This document shows, piece by piece, positions 35,776 to 47,457 of a stretch of 64,000 nt of DNA (positions within the stretch are counted from its first letter, which is position 1; each line of letters starts with the position of its first letter). Location of the stretch: contig ML996701.1 of assembly GCA_010356995.1 (NCBI GenBank), positions 612,963-676,962 of the forward strand, written 5' to 3'. The notes below the pieces were generated by a model. The model was given only the letters and a program-made list of their open reading frames with translations. It had not been told where the DNA came from and made no database searches. The translations under genes and the position numbers were made by a program. This stretch comes from Trichodelitschia bisporula (Eukaryota).

Positions 35776-38700
35776 GGTGCGTGACAAGGCGCAATGCAGA
35801 ATAAGGATAAGGAAGAAGCAACGATGAGTAGGGAGAGATGAGGTTGTCGTGATGTACGTATTGTAAGTTGAGATCCGGGGTGGGGGATAGATCGAGTGGC
35901 GCTGCTGTGGATCCCTTGGGTGTGGTCAGTGCGTGCGGCATACAAGCCTTCTGCAGGTGGACCCGGGCGGGGTCCGCAAACAATAGAGTCCCCTGCTGAT
36001 ATCGACCCCCTCAATTCGCCGACGACATTGCGGAGCAAGCTCCGGGTATCTCGTGCGAGCATGGGGTCAATGCTACCATGGAAATGTATCGCGATAAGAG
36101 CAGTCTGCTCCACATCTTTCTTAGAACCCACATATACATCCGCACCTCCGTACTCCCATCGTTAACCCGTCACGCATCACAAAAGCCATCAATGCCATGC
36201 CGGCAGCCGCCAAGATCACACATGGCGACGTCTCGCATGCGGAGAATCGCTGCCAATCAATTCCAGATAGAGACGCGCCACGAAGTCGCCATTCTCATCC
36301 TCCGCCAGGTTTCAGGGGTCCGATAGACGAGCTGATATCCACGATCCCGCCGTTGAGTCCAGACCACCAGTGATGTGCTCCGCCTGCACTTCTGAGCACG
36401 CACTAGGAAGCGTGACATCGACCATTGCGACTATGGAGCCTAAGTGGACGCCTCAGGAAGCTGGAGAGCGAGAAAGCCCGGAAACACCGAAGGACAAGCA
36501 AAAGCACATAGGAAATGTGCAGGTGCATCATCACGAACCTTGCCTCTGGCACCGGATGAGCCAACGGCAGATTGCAACAGCTCCAAGAACCACGGTCACT
36601 TTGAGCTTACGCGGGTGCCAAAGGGACTTTACCGGCATGCCAGTTCCATCAGCGACTGCGTTTTGACGATAGACTTGCTCTACTCAATTTCAGTTTCCGA
36701 CCTGCTCGGCTGCTCATCTCTCAGTGGGTCCCGGTCTTATCCGGCGTCCCTACCTCTCTATCAGCTATCACATCGCAGGTCGCTATCAGATAGCAGATAC
36801 TGTGATGCTGCGTGCGCTCAAACCCACTTCAGCTTACATCACCATCTCCGCAGGCCGCCCATCACCTCCAAAGGCGTTCGATCCGGAGCTCACGATCGCG
36901 GCCCAATACTGCCAGAACAGCGAGTGTGAGACCTTCCGTCTCGTATTCGGCTAAGGTTCTGTCCTCTCATCGACTTCCGATGCCGATGTTCTCGGCAATG
37001 GGGGGAGTCTCTGCAGTAAATATTTGGGGCCCAGATCCTTCAAGCACCCTTCCCATTCTCAAACCAGTCAATTGAGATTGCCACCGGTATCGCCTGTGAG
37101 CTGTGACAAAGGATGGAAGCGGTTACAGCTCAAGGCTTCCGCAGAGGCTTGTCGAATTTGCCTCATCCAGCGCACTCATTGCCTCTCCAACACCCCTTTC
37201 TAGGCTTCGCCTACAGCTGGGCTTCCGTGTTTGCGCTGATACCTCCGAGGAGGTGTGGAAACGGAGATTTGCCAAACACAACACTGCGCAGATACAGACA
37301 ACGGCCCGCATGGTGATGGTAGACTGTGGATGTTCGGATGAAAGATTGGGTTGACGGAAATGGAGACAGGAGAGTGCACCAGCAGAGCTCACATAACAGG
37401 GTCTCCCTTGGTGAACAAACTTCATCGATCTTTCCAGTCGAACCGAATGTCGGCAAAAGGTGCGAATGAGAGATTTGACATGTACCACGTGAACGGCTTT
37501 CAACTGGTTGAAATCAGGGAGAAGTCCCATTACTGGCTAGTCCATCGGGGATAGGATTCAGCGTTCCATGGTGAGGTAGCATAGGATGATTTCCGGGCTG
37601 AACACTTCTAAGATGGTGTCTTAGACGCTCAGGACGTTGAGACCCATGTCCGGGGCATCGCACCCGGTAATCTTGAAGTGAGTCCTGTTTGCTGAAGAAT
37701 TTCACGGCACCTCCCACGGGGACTGATGTCGCTCAAACCCAAGACGCCACTAACGCAATATTCCAGCCCAACGAATAGCCCCTGTTGAGGCAGTGGTCCA
37801 GACCAGAGAGCTAACTCGGTTCAGATAATGCCCCAAGAACGTGGCCCGCGAATCACGAGCCTTTCAAGGGACAGCGAACAGTGAGGGAAAATAGAAGGGG
37901 ATACCTACCGGGGGACGGTCGGGGTATTTTGAGTCCTTGAAGGGCTCGAGGAGCGAGATGTGGAAGACTGGATGACTCCGTTCCACGGAATTAGAGCTCT
38001 TGAAGGGCACGAGGAGATGTGGAACGGATGCACTCGGTCTTCCACATCTCGCTCCTCTGGCTCTTCGGGCCCTTCAAGCGCTCAAAGTACCCGACCGTTC
38101 CACGGCAGAGGAGCTTCCAAGAGTTATCTGGAGCGACGATACCCGGATTCTCCAGTCTTTAGGGTTGGAATTCGAAGCATCGCTGCGGGACACCTCCGAA
38201 TCTTCGCCGCCTTCACGAACCAACTAACTCCCTCGCTTCCTGCAAGCCTCTGACCGTCACAATGACGAATGTCTGGGGACGATCCAGTCTGCGGCATTGC
38301 TAGAATGCCATGAATACCTTCACATTACAGGGGGAAAGAGAATCATGCCCCGGAGTTCTCCACTGTTTCGCCCGGCAGGTGCGCTGCGCGCGTGCGCCCG
38401 TCTATGACGATGGAGATGTGGAACGCGCGGCACTCATGCTTGACTTGCCCGGTTTTGGTTCTTTGCCTGCTTCACCCTATGAGGGAGTGCCGAGTGCGGA
38501 CTGGCCAACAGCAGCTTGGTGACTCCACCGTCGGTGACGGCCAAGCCAGGCTCAACTGAGGCTCCCGGGCCGTCGGCCTTGCTTCTCAACAGGCTATCAG
38601 CCGACTTAGTGTCTTTTTCTAGCAACACCGGCGTTGGTTCTGCCGATGAAGTGGCTGTCCCGCATGGAGGCTTCGTATGTGCACATTGCCCGTTGAGTTT

Positions 38701-39956
38701 TACGTACTGAATGCGCAGATCGTCGACGAGGTCCGCGGAACAGAGGGCCGGGGGAGCAGATTCTCCAAATAGACGTCGTGTTCATCACGATATGTAGGTC
38801 TTCAAAAGGCCGACGTGCAGTGTCCGCAGGAGAATTTCGGCCGGGTTCATGAGCGACGAGGACCGAAGCCTCCGTGTCGAAAGCGGCAACTGCGAAGTCG
38901 TTCTGGCCCCCGAAAGCCACGATTTCGACATGTCTGTGTAACTTCTCGTGATGTGGGGAATGTGTATTCTTGTACCTCTCCCCGGTCCCCAGGTCCCCAG
39001 GCCCGAGGGGTTGGACGGCGGAAGACGGAAGAGGATGTCAGCCCCGACAGGGTCTGGCACTTGGTACAAGTGAGTTCTCACCTTGGGATTTCGTGGTTGG
39101 ACGATCCTTCACAAATCGCAACCCCTGCTGCCTCATGGCTCTTCCAATCGATCGTCATGATGTCCATGCTAAGCTTACTCCAAAAAAAGGGGCGACTCAA
39201 CAACTACAGTCGCTTAAACCCAGTGAATAAAAGGTTGTTCAATCTCCGGAATCGTGTTGCACTCTACTGTATATTTTTAAAATGATCTCGGCCAGCATGT
39301 AGACCGCGCGGAGAAGAGTCTTGATCTGCAAGTAATGCAAGGTTGATGAATACGAACGGTCTATCAAAGCCTGCCCTTGCAACCCGGCGCCAGCGGCTAA
39401 TGATCGGACTGTCAAGACAAAGGTACCACAGCTCTTCCTATGCAACGCTATGCAACGGCTAAAATAATCTGATACAGTGCTCCCTTTGAGCGTTGCGAGC
39501 ATCGTGAGGCTCAACGTCACACATTACAAAAGCCAAGCACAAATCTGGTGTAAGGTTGGCCGCCGCAACCAATCACCAGGCCGAAGCCTTGTTACTCGAG
39601 AATGTAGCGGGATAAATATGGACGCCCTAGGAAGACAACGTTATACACAACTCCGCTAACGTTCACCGACCGGCCGTGATGCATTCGTCGATCAACCTCA
39701 AAAATAACGTTTTCGTCGCGTCCAGAGGCTTCTTGTACCCCGGCTCTGAACACCATGTGCGGACTTCTCCGTGCCATGAACGCTATTTTCGCTCCTGGCA
39801 TACACGAACTGCGTGCAACTGCATTTCAAAATACGAACTCAAGGTCTCCGGACGACTCTTCCAGGTTCACGATGCATGCATTTCTAAAATGAAAGCATTG
39901 GCATCCGAAGCGGGGGAACACGAGCATCAAGACAATCTCCCAGCGTCCGGATCGGG

Positions 39957-39963
39957 TATAAAA
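39957..39963 (+). promoter_or_regulatory. TATA box upstream of the secreted SH3b-like gene
   Basis: TATAAAA about 105 nt before ATG 40065. Confidence 0.5.
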
Positions 39964-40064
39964 CCACGGCCCGAATCCGCCATGTCGACATCAGCAGCCG
40001 GCACTCAATTCAGACCACACCTCACTTCCACTCCCAACTTCCAATCCAACCCACCACCGCAACC

Positions 40065-40539
40065 ATGAAGTTCTCAGCCGCCCTCCTCCTCCCCCTCCTC
40101 GCCCTCGCCACCGCCAATCCCCTCCCCGCCCCCGAGCCAGAAGCCCTCCCCGCCGCCGACCCAGCCGCTGCACTCGACGCCCTCAACAAGCGCGACAAGT
40201 ACTGCAAGGTATTTACGGGCGATGGCAACGTTGCATGCCGCAAGGGTGCGGGCACGGGCTACAACGTTGTGAGGCGGATTGGGGCGAACGATCGCTTTGG
40301 CGTCAATTGCAAGGCCAATGGGGAGAAGGTTGGGGACACGAAGTAAGTAACCTTATTGTGATGGCTTGGGGGGGCCGGGATGTTGACGGGACAGGGTCTG
40401 GGACTGGGTGCCTGGTTGGGGGTGTTGGGTTACGGCGTATTATACGCGTGGTGTGGATGGGAATTCTTGCGAGAGTAAGTCTCTAGCGAGGACGGCCGGA
40501 AGAGGGCTAACGATCGCAGGCGGTGTCCCTTGGTGCTAG
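40065..40539 (+). CDS. Small secreted Cys-rich protein with Kex2 site and SH3b-like (cell-wall-binding type) domain
   Basis: Exons 40065-40342, 40395-40474 and 40520-40539 with GTAAGT donors. Signal peptide, propeptide ending in KR, and mature DKYCKVFTGDGNVACRKGAGTGYNVVRRIGANDRFGVNCKANGEKVGDTKVWDWVPGWGCWVTAYYTRGVDGNSCESGVPWC. Confidence 0.85.
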
Positions 40540-40977
40540 AGGGTCATTGTAAAGGATGGAGGAAGCAACAGACGGAATGGGATTGTTTAGTTTGCTCATA
40601 TATCGCTTCTCTTCGCTCGCTTGATTTTTTTGAGTGGAAAGGCCTTTCTGCACCAAGTTCAGGTTTACTTTGAATACAATCGATGCATGCATTGAAGGAT
40701 CGTGTTCAGTGAAATCCACCCGCCTAATCGACCCCGGGTTCCCCACATCTGTCCAGGGAGATACTACTTGCTCCTACTCGCGCCTAGGACGGTCAAAAAG
40801 CTGCAGTGATTTGCTGGCCGGCTCCTGGTCGGATACTTGCCCGATTCGGTCATGACCCGCTCGAGTGCTTTGGTGATCCGTGCTCTACTCGACCGCAGCC
40901 TCATCATCGCCTGGCTTCAACGCCTAGAACTAGCGTACCGGTACTTCGTCCTGACACCCAGAAACTTCTCATTTAAA

Positions 40978-41075
40978 TAGCTGATTGAAGCCTGTGACAC
41001 GGGAAGTGTGCCCAACTACAACTCCGTCCGTTCAGCCTTGCGGGACGGCCCGTCCCGGCGGCGCAAGTTGGCGCG
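40978..41075 (+). repeat. Dispersed repeat, copy 2
   Basis: About 76% identical to the reverse complement of 12066-12163. Confidence 0.85.
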
Positions 41076-41604
41076 GCCGCGAATCCAGTCATAAGTCTCG
41101 ATACTGTTGTGAATTCGTAGCAATTGCGCTGACCGGAAAGAAGGGTGGTGGTCGAAGTGGTCAGGTCCGAGGAAGATGTCGCTAGACGGGGGAGCGCTGG
41201 CCTGATATTTGGATGCACACTCGTCGTGGCGGGTGCAAGCTTAATCGGACATTTCGGGATACGGTCGGGGAGGGGAAGATGAAGAGCGACGTTCAACAGG
41301 GCTTTTAGTCACCTTAGAAGGGACGATGTGAGAGGGGAACTGAAGAGTGCATATCTTAAGTTCTTAGGTAGTCCTTCAACACAGCCATGCCCGCCATACA
41401 GCCCCCGACTATACGCCGAACCTGGCCGGAGAGCTCGTTTTTAAGAGCTTTTCCTTTCTAAGGTACCCTTTAAGGCCGAGTGTTGAAACCACAGCCACGG
41501 GTGTCACATCCGGGGAGCCGAGCACAGCCTCGGACAAAGAAGGCGTGAAAGAAAAAGAAGCTCCATTCCGGCCCTAAGGCCCTTCCTCAAAAAGATCCAG
41601 GACC

Positions 41605-42250
41605 CTACGGGCCCTCGCTACCAATTTCCCCCCCCGGACGAAACAGGTTGGCCCTTTGACCCGGCTCGGTGGCCAGATATTCCTTCACAATGCCCGCCGC
41701 CCCGGTTTGAATCACCTGCACTTTGGCAGAGCCCTCCCAGCGGTACAGGAGCTTGGTGTGCGCTGCCACATCGATGACCAAGAGAAGGTCCGGAATGGTA
41801 TCCACGATGAGGGACGCCGCCCCAAGCTCTACCCCGTACACCCGCTCAAACCCCGCCTGGTGTCGTGAAGACCCCCAGCGCGCAATGTCTTGCTGGACTA
41901 TGTACAAGTCCATGGCCAATCGCATCCATGGGCGACTTGGTTGCGCCTCATGACGAGACTGGGGCCCCGGACATCCGAGGCGCTGCCCGGGGCGCTCCAC
42001 TCCTCCAATAGGGATTTTATCATCAAGGTGTGTTTTTCTTCAACCCGGCCGAGGCGACGAGAGAGGTCTTCGTCGCTGTCACGCAGCTCGACTACCTCCT
42101 TTCGGAGTGCATCGATTGTCCCGACCGACTCCTTGTGCATGGTTTCGAACCTCGCTTGGCCGGCTAGGGCCTCTGTGATGCTTGCTTGGATTTGCTCCAT
42201 GAAGTGGCTTCCGGCGGGGTTCGTTGACGAGGTCTTCCTCCGAGGCCTGT
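41605..42250 (-). pseudogene. Frameshifted gene: coiled coil plus RNQVAH (R-X4-H, HEPN-like) motif
   Basis: ORF 41898-42464 (…RRNQVAHGCD) continues after a 1-nt frameshift near 41917 as AMDLYIVQQ…FERVYG in ORF 41605-42000. Confidence 0.5.
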
Positions 42251-42479
42251 CGCGCCGCTCCGCGTAGGCCCTCAAGTGGAGGATTTCGATCCGGCGCTGA
42301 AATCTTTGAGACAATGATCCCCGTCCAGTCCTAAACAGTGATGAGCTTGATCTCTCGTAATTTCTCGCACATGGCAGTGTAGGGCACCATCCAGACCTGT
42401 AGCGCGGCACAGTCTGGTAACGACGGTCTTCTCTTGCGATCTGCCCGCCGCAGTTGTCTCGCATTCCACTTCGACATGA

Positions 42480-42860
42480 TAGGAGGCTGGGCGGGCTCAG
42501 AGCATGCCATTTCGCTTGACCGCGTACTTTTCGAGCACCGCAAAGGCCTATGTTGGGACCTCTCGCCCGTCGCCGTGTAAACGGCGAACTTGCTTCCGCC
42601 CTTGCGGTTGAGGATTGCCCGCACCAACCCCCTCTGGTTGATGACGTCGATAACAGCTTTGCTGGCGTCGGCGGTCTTGAACTGCACGTCCATGGCCTGA
42701 ACTCAGAGCTAAGGGGGGCGTCGTCGGAGTCGTCGCTCTGCGCCGCCTACGGCTGGGCCTTGTGGGCAGCCAGCGCGGCCTTGCGCCCCGGTGTGGCAGA
42801 GAGTCCGGCGGGGGTTGCGGCGCCGCTGCTGCGGCGTATTCTTTCCGCCGCTATGCTTGC
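42480..42860 (-). mobile_element. Degenerate non-LTR (Tad1-like LINE) ORF1/gag fragment
   Basis: VQFKTADAS…INQRGLV…PLRCSK resembles the region preceding the zinc knuckle of fungal LINE ORF1. Confidence 0.4.
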
Positions 42861-42882
42861 CCCCCATGCGCCTAGCTCCTTG

Positions 42883-43135
42883 TGCTTGACCAGATGATCA
42901 TTTTCGTCGAATTTGTATGCGAATACCCATTTGACAGGCAGTGGATCGAACGGCTGATTGAGCATGGCTACGAAAGCTTGTGCTTCGCTCTATGGAAGTG
43001 GCTTCCATGTCTGGGTGGCAACGAGAGCTGAGATCTTCTTATCTGAAGCCGCGGTGAAGTGCGCAACCTTCGGATGTATAAGCATCTTCCTCTAGGTCTT
43101 CGGCGGAGGTGGAAGCCCTGAGCGATGACGCGGTG
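42883..43135 (-). mobile_element. Ty1/copia retrotransposon RT N-terminal fragment
   Basis: One frame reads HRSGLPPPPKT*RKMLIHP…F.AA…ISALVATQTW…LPVKWVFAYKFDENDHLVKHK, with two TAG stops, one at an expected Trp. Confidence 0.85.
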
Positions 43136-43359
43136 CCGATTTGCCAAGTGATACTTGTGCAAGGCCGAGGAACGAGGGGGTACCGGTCCATATAGCTGTT
43201 GGCCAACCTACCCACCCCCTTTGGTACGTATTACCACCCCCTATCTTTAGCGGTATTAGCACGCACAACGAGACCGGATGATGTACGTACCGAATATATA
43301 CTAAGGCACAATTGGTCAGGTTCCCGACGGTTCAGCATGTTCGGCATGCGACCAGCGGC

Positions 43360-43530
43360 TTTCTCGAGCAGGCGTTCAATTGCTTTGGTTGACAAGAAGG
43401 ACTTTCCACATCCGGGGCTTCCTGATAGCAATAGCACAGGTTTAGAGCCACGCTCCCACTCAGCAAAGGCTGGCTCCTCGAAGATCCAGGTAACTGTTCT
43501 AGGTAAAGGCTTCCGTCTCATTTCCCCATA
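43360..43530 (-). pseudogene. NACHT (NLR-type STAND NTPase) N-terminal fragment
   Basis: RTVTWIFEEPAFAEW…VLLLSGSPGCGKSFLS..AIE.L contains a Walker A in typical fungal NACHT context. No Walker B follows. Confidence 0.8.
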
Positions 43531-45352
43531 GTCCGTAACAGACTGGGGATTCAGAGGATTGTGAATGGTCGACAAGTCGCCAGGTCTTGGTGGGGTCGTT
43601 ATCGTTGCGCCGGTTCATCAAAAGGACAAAGCTTTTGTTGGTATCAAATGTTGCTCGCTCGCTGCCGGGGGCCTGGCCGGTTCTTAGTCCCCACAAAATT
43701 GTCAAAGGCCTTGCTAATCGCCAATGCCTGCACGAAACCGGTGAAAAAGACCGTAATGATGGTCTCGTCGACGTGATCTTTGGCCTTTGATGAGGAAAAA
43801 GTTGGCATAGGGGATAAAACACGCCCCCAAAGCCGCTCCGTCGAGATTGGGAGCCTCCCAGGCCTCGTCCTAGTACTCGCCATCGAACCGGTAATCGGGG
43901 CGAGCGTGTCGGTCCACGACTCCGTGGTAATTGTCAGTAGGTTCACAAGAAAGTTGAAAACCTCATGGGGGTCACCGCTGAGAATGGATTCCATCGGAAC
44001 GCTCTCGGTCACAAAAGATCCACATCCGCCGCCGGCGTCTGTCCCCCAGACCGTACCCACTCCAGGTAGTCGTGGGAAAAGACTGCCGCCATGACGACAA
44101 GCCGAGTGTGCATTGGGCACAGTACGTATACCGTCCGCTCGAAAGGCTTCAGATTCCCAATGTCCCCGCCATATAAATGTTGAGCGCGATGTCGGAGGGG
44201 TCGGCCTCATTCTGCAGGCGAAAGGTATATAATCGAGGTATACATCCTCGCCAGCGCCCGGGTTGCGCGCACGAGTAGTGAAGTGAAAAAATGGTCGTTG
44301 AATGATGCGGATTGCAAATGAAGATGAAGGATGGGGAATTGAAGATATTGTGGGATCGAAGATGAAGGTGATGAAGCTGAGTAATGAAGGATGCTGTGTT
44401 GGGTGGTTGCGTGAGAATTTGGCATATTGATCGATGATGAAGGTGAAGATGGTCGAGGACGTAATCTGCGTGGCTGCGTGGCCGCGATTATGTAGTGTTG
44501 ATCGATGGTGAGGAGTTGTAGTGGAAAAGGTTGCACTGCACCACCCAGCCAGATACTTAAGCCCGATAAGCGAGGTCTCGTGCGCGTCGATCACGTCCCC
44601 AATTCATTGACTCACGGCTTCTGGAGGAAGGTGCGATGGCACCATCGGTGGTGTTGGGCAGGTGCGACTGGCAGCGTCGGTGGTGTTCGTTCGCACCTTC
44701 CCTCGAGGCGGTGAGCGCACGGACCACTTCCCCATCCGTGAATGGTGTTGTTTTGAGAGAATCACGGAGGAATATGCGGCCGGGGGCGGCGGTCATGATT
44801 CCGTTTGTACTGCTGGTGGCATCGGTGATGGTGGGCCAGGGTTGGTGATAGCAGTGGTCTGGCGGTGCTCCGGGACAGCTACTTTCGTCGATCGAGTTCA
44901 ATATCGTGGGATTGAAAGATCCGAACGTCCAGGATAGATGAGTTCACACAGGCTGAACGAAAGAGAAGGGGAAGACCAGCACGTTCGCAGGGCTTGATGA
45001 CCTATATGTACCGTATCAGCTCTCGGATCAAAACTTCAGGACTTCCCAGTCTTCTCTCCACCCTCATAATCAGCTCACATCACACAACCCTCAAGCATCG
45101 TAGACCACCTTCATCGCTTCTTCTGCATTTCACAGCTCACAGCGCCGCAGCTCCCGCAAGCCTAACCGATAACATCCCTAACGCTCAATCCACACCCCAC
45201 AAACACACAACCTAACACCGACTAGCACCACCGAATCCCCCATCATCAACCTCACACACCACCCATCATAACCGATCCGCGTACAATCCGACCCCCAACC
45301 CGTCCCCTTTTTCCGAACTCCATGCCCAAGTACGCGTACAAATAACCTCAAC

Positions 45353-47457
45353 CTACAGCCCTTGCGCCTGACCATTCAAACCGCCCCGGGGACGATACCC
45401 GCCACCAGTACCCGATGCACCGACATTCCCACCCCTCGCGCCCTGTTGCCCATACCCACCGTACTGCCCACCACGGCCCCTATACCCACCGCGGCCACGT
45501 CCGCGGCCACGATAACCCCCCCGATAATTATCAACACTCCCCTGCCCAAAAGTCTCCATATTCTTCTTCCGCTCCTCAGAACGAAACTCCGCACCGCCCC
45601 GGCCCCGATGCACCGCATGATGATCCTCCCGATCCCGTAGCTCGCTCGACAAATTGTCAAAGAAGCTGCTCTTCTTGTTGTACGCCGGGGCGGCCGGTGG
45701 GATGACCACCTCATCGTCCACGTCCGCGGACTCGGCTTGCCCCGCGAAGCCGCTACCATTAGGTGACGCCACACCGGCCGGCGGCGTGCCACCTGCACCG
45801 TTCGCCTCTCGGTTCAAGCTCGCTTTGCTGAACTTCGCATTCATGGACTCGAAGTCGAAGTCCGTGGCCGGGAGCTCCGGCTTCGCGGGCGGAGGCTGAT
45901 CGCGGCCGCCCCGACGGGGTCCACGGCCCCGAGCACCGCCTGCGAATCCGCCCGTGCCTGGCTGCCGTGGGTGGCGGATACTCTCGTCGGTGCGCATCTC
46001 GTTGATCTTGCGCGTTAGATGCTCGAAGGCGTCACCGCCACCGCCGATAGGGGTCTGCGCGGGTTGGGCCTGTTGCTGTTGCTGCTGGGCGCGCAGTTTT
46101 GCCATTGCGTTATCAACAGCAGCGATGGCAGCCTGCTGAGAGGACGAGGCATCCGCAAGAGACGAGGAGGCGGCGGCCACAGCCTCGTTCTGTGCGGCTA
46201 CGGCCTTGGCCTGAGAAGCTTGGGTAGCGGGCGCCGGCTGCTGCGGGACTGGGGCTGGAACCGACTTCCGGAAATTGGGGCTGGGAAGTGGAATAGCAGG
46301 CATTACGCGACCCTTGGGAGCGGTCGGTGCCAGCTTCGCCTGGACAGTGGCGGGAGGTGCCAGCGCAGCAGCAACGTCAGGCTTGGACTCGACAGGAGGT
46401 GTGGGTGCCTTCTTCGCGGCACTGGGACCCGCAATAGCAGCGGCGAGCGCGGCAGCAGGTTGAGTTTGAGGCAGGTGCACCTTTGGAGCTGGAGGAGCTG
46501 GCTCTGGCGCCTTAGGAAACTGCTTCTCGGGCTTCTTTTGCTCCTTCACGGGTGCAGGCTGAGGTGGCTGCTGCTGCTGCTTCACGGCATTCTGCTGCTG
46601 ACTGGGAGGGGCAATGGGCACGGGAGGCTGAGGGGGAAAGGCGTTAGGTGGCCCTTGAAAGCCTTGACCCTGAGGGTACCAGTTCTGCGGGCCAGGACCA
46701 CCGTACGGCATGCCTGGATAGCCAGGGAACTGCGGACCGCCCGGGAACCCACCGCGCCCGAATCCAGGATTCGGCATGGGAGGGTACGGAGGATGGAACT
46801 GGTTGTATGGCGGAGGAGGCGCAAACGCCTGTGGCTGGGGCGTGGTATGCGTGGGTGGCTGCGGAGCGCTCTGCTGCGGCGGACGTGTAGACTTGATAGC
46901 ATTAGCACTGCGTTGCAAAGAGTCGACGAGTAATGAGGGAGATTGAAGAGTCAGAAGGAAGGCAACGGAAAATATCCACACGGTTTTGCGCTCTCGGATA
47001 TGACAATGGGTTTACATCCGAAAATTTTTCATCATCCAAGGGAGGGAAGGAAAAGCGGGTTGAACTTACACCTAGGATAGCCGGGTCGTCTGGCATCTGT
47101 GTGGGCGCAGGTGAGTTCTCCTTGGGAGGCTCTTCGATACGCAGGTCCTTAACATCGCTGCCGCGAAAGACGATGTACTCGTATAACCGGGCAGATGGCT
47201 GCACGGCCTTGTCGCCAGTCTGCCGGTTCTCAGTGCCGTGCGATGTGACATTTTCGAGAGCGACGGTCGCGTTCTCCGAGTTGATCTCGTGAAGAGTTCC
47301 GACGTAGCTAACGAACCCATCAGTAACTTGTAGCTGAAACAGCAGCATCTGACGCACCGGATGTCACTCTTGGAGATGAGTGATATGCGAGAGCTATTGA
47401 GGTCAGCAGATTGCAGCTGTGTAGCGGAATGACAACATACCCAATGAACTCCGACAT
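45353..47457 (-). CDS. scd6: Scd6/Lsm14/Sum2 P-body translational repressor
   Basis: Exons 47457-47441, 47393-47358, 47307-47070 and 46891-45353. Lsm14 domain (FIGSRISLISKSDIRYVGTL…YEYIVFRGSDVKDL), DFDF, FFD and (E)TFG motifs, and an RGG tail. Confidence 0.96.
46947..47040 (-). ncRNA. snR52: Box C/D snoRNA, snR52 homolog (predicted 18S Am420-equivalent guide), intronic in scd6
   Basis: Box C AUGAUGA at 47035-47029 and box D CUGA at 46954-46951, preceded by GUUGCCUUCCUU. This is complementary to conserved 18S AAGGAAGGCAGC, and the D+5 rule points to the A420-equivalent. Confidence 0.85.

Noticed and set aside
36180..39700. Possible decayed genes between the F-box gene and the SH3b-like gene
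   Set aside because: Only short ORFs without identifiable motifs; no call can be supported.
46892..46981. ORF-track start MWIFSVAFLL, resembling a signal peptide for Scd6
   Set aside because: It lies inside the snoRNA-hosting intron; the real start is 47457.
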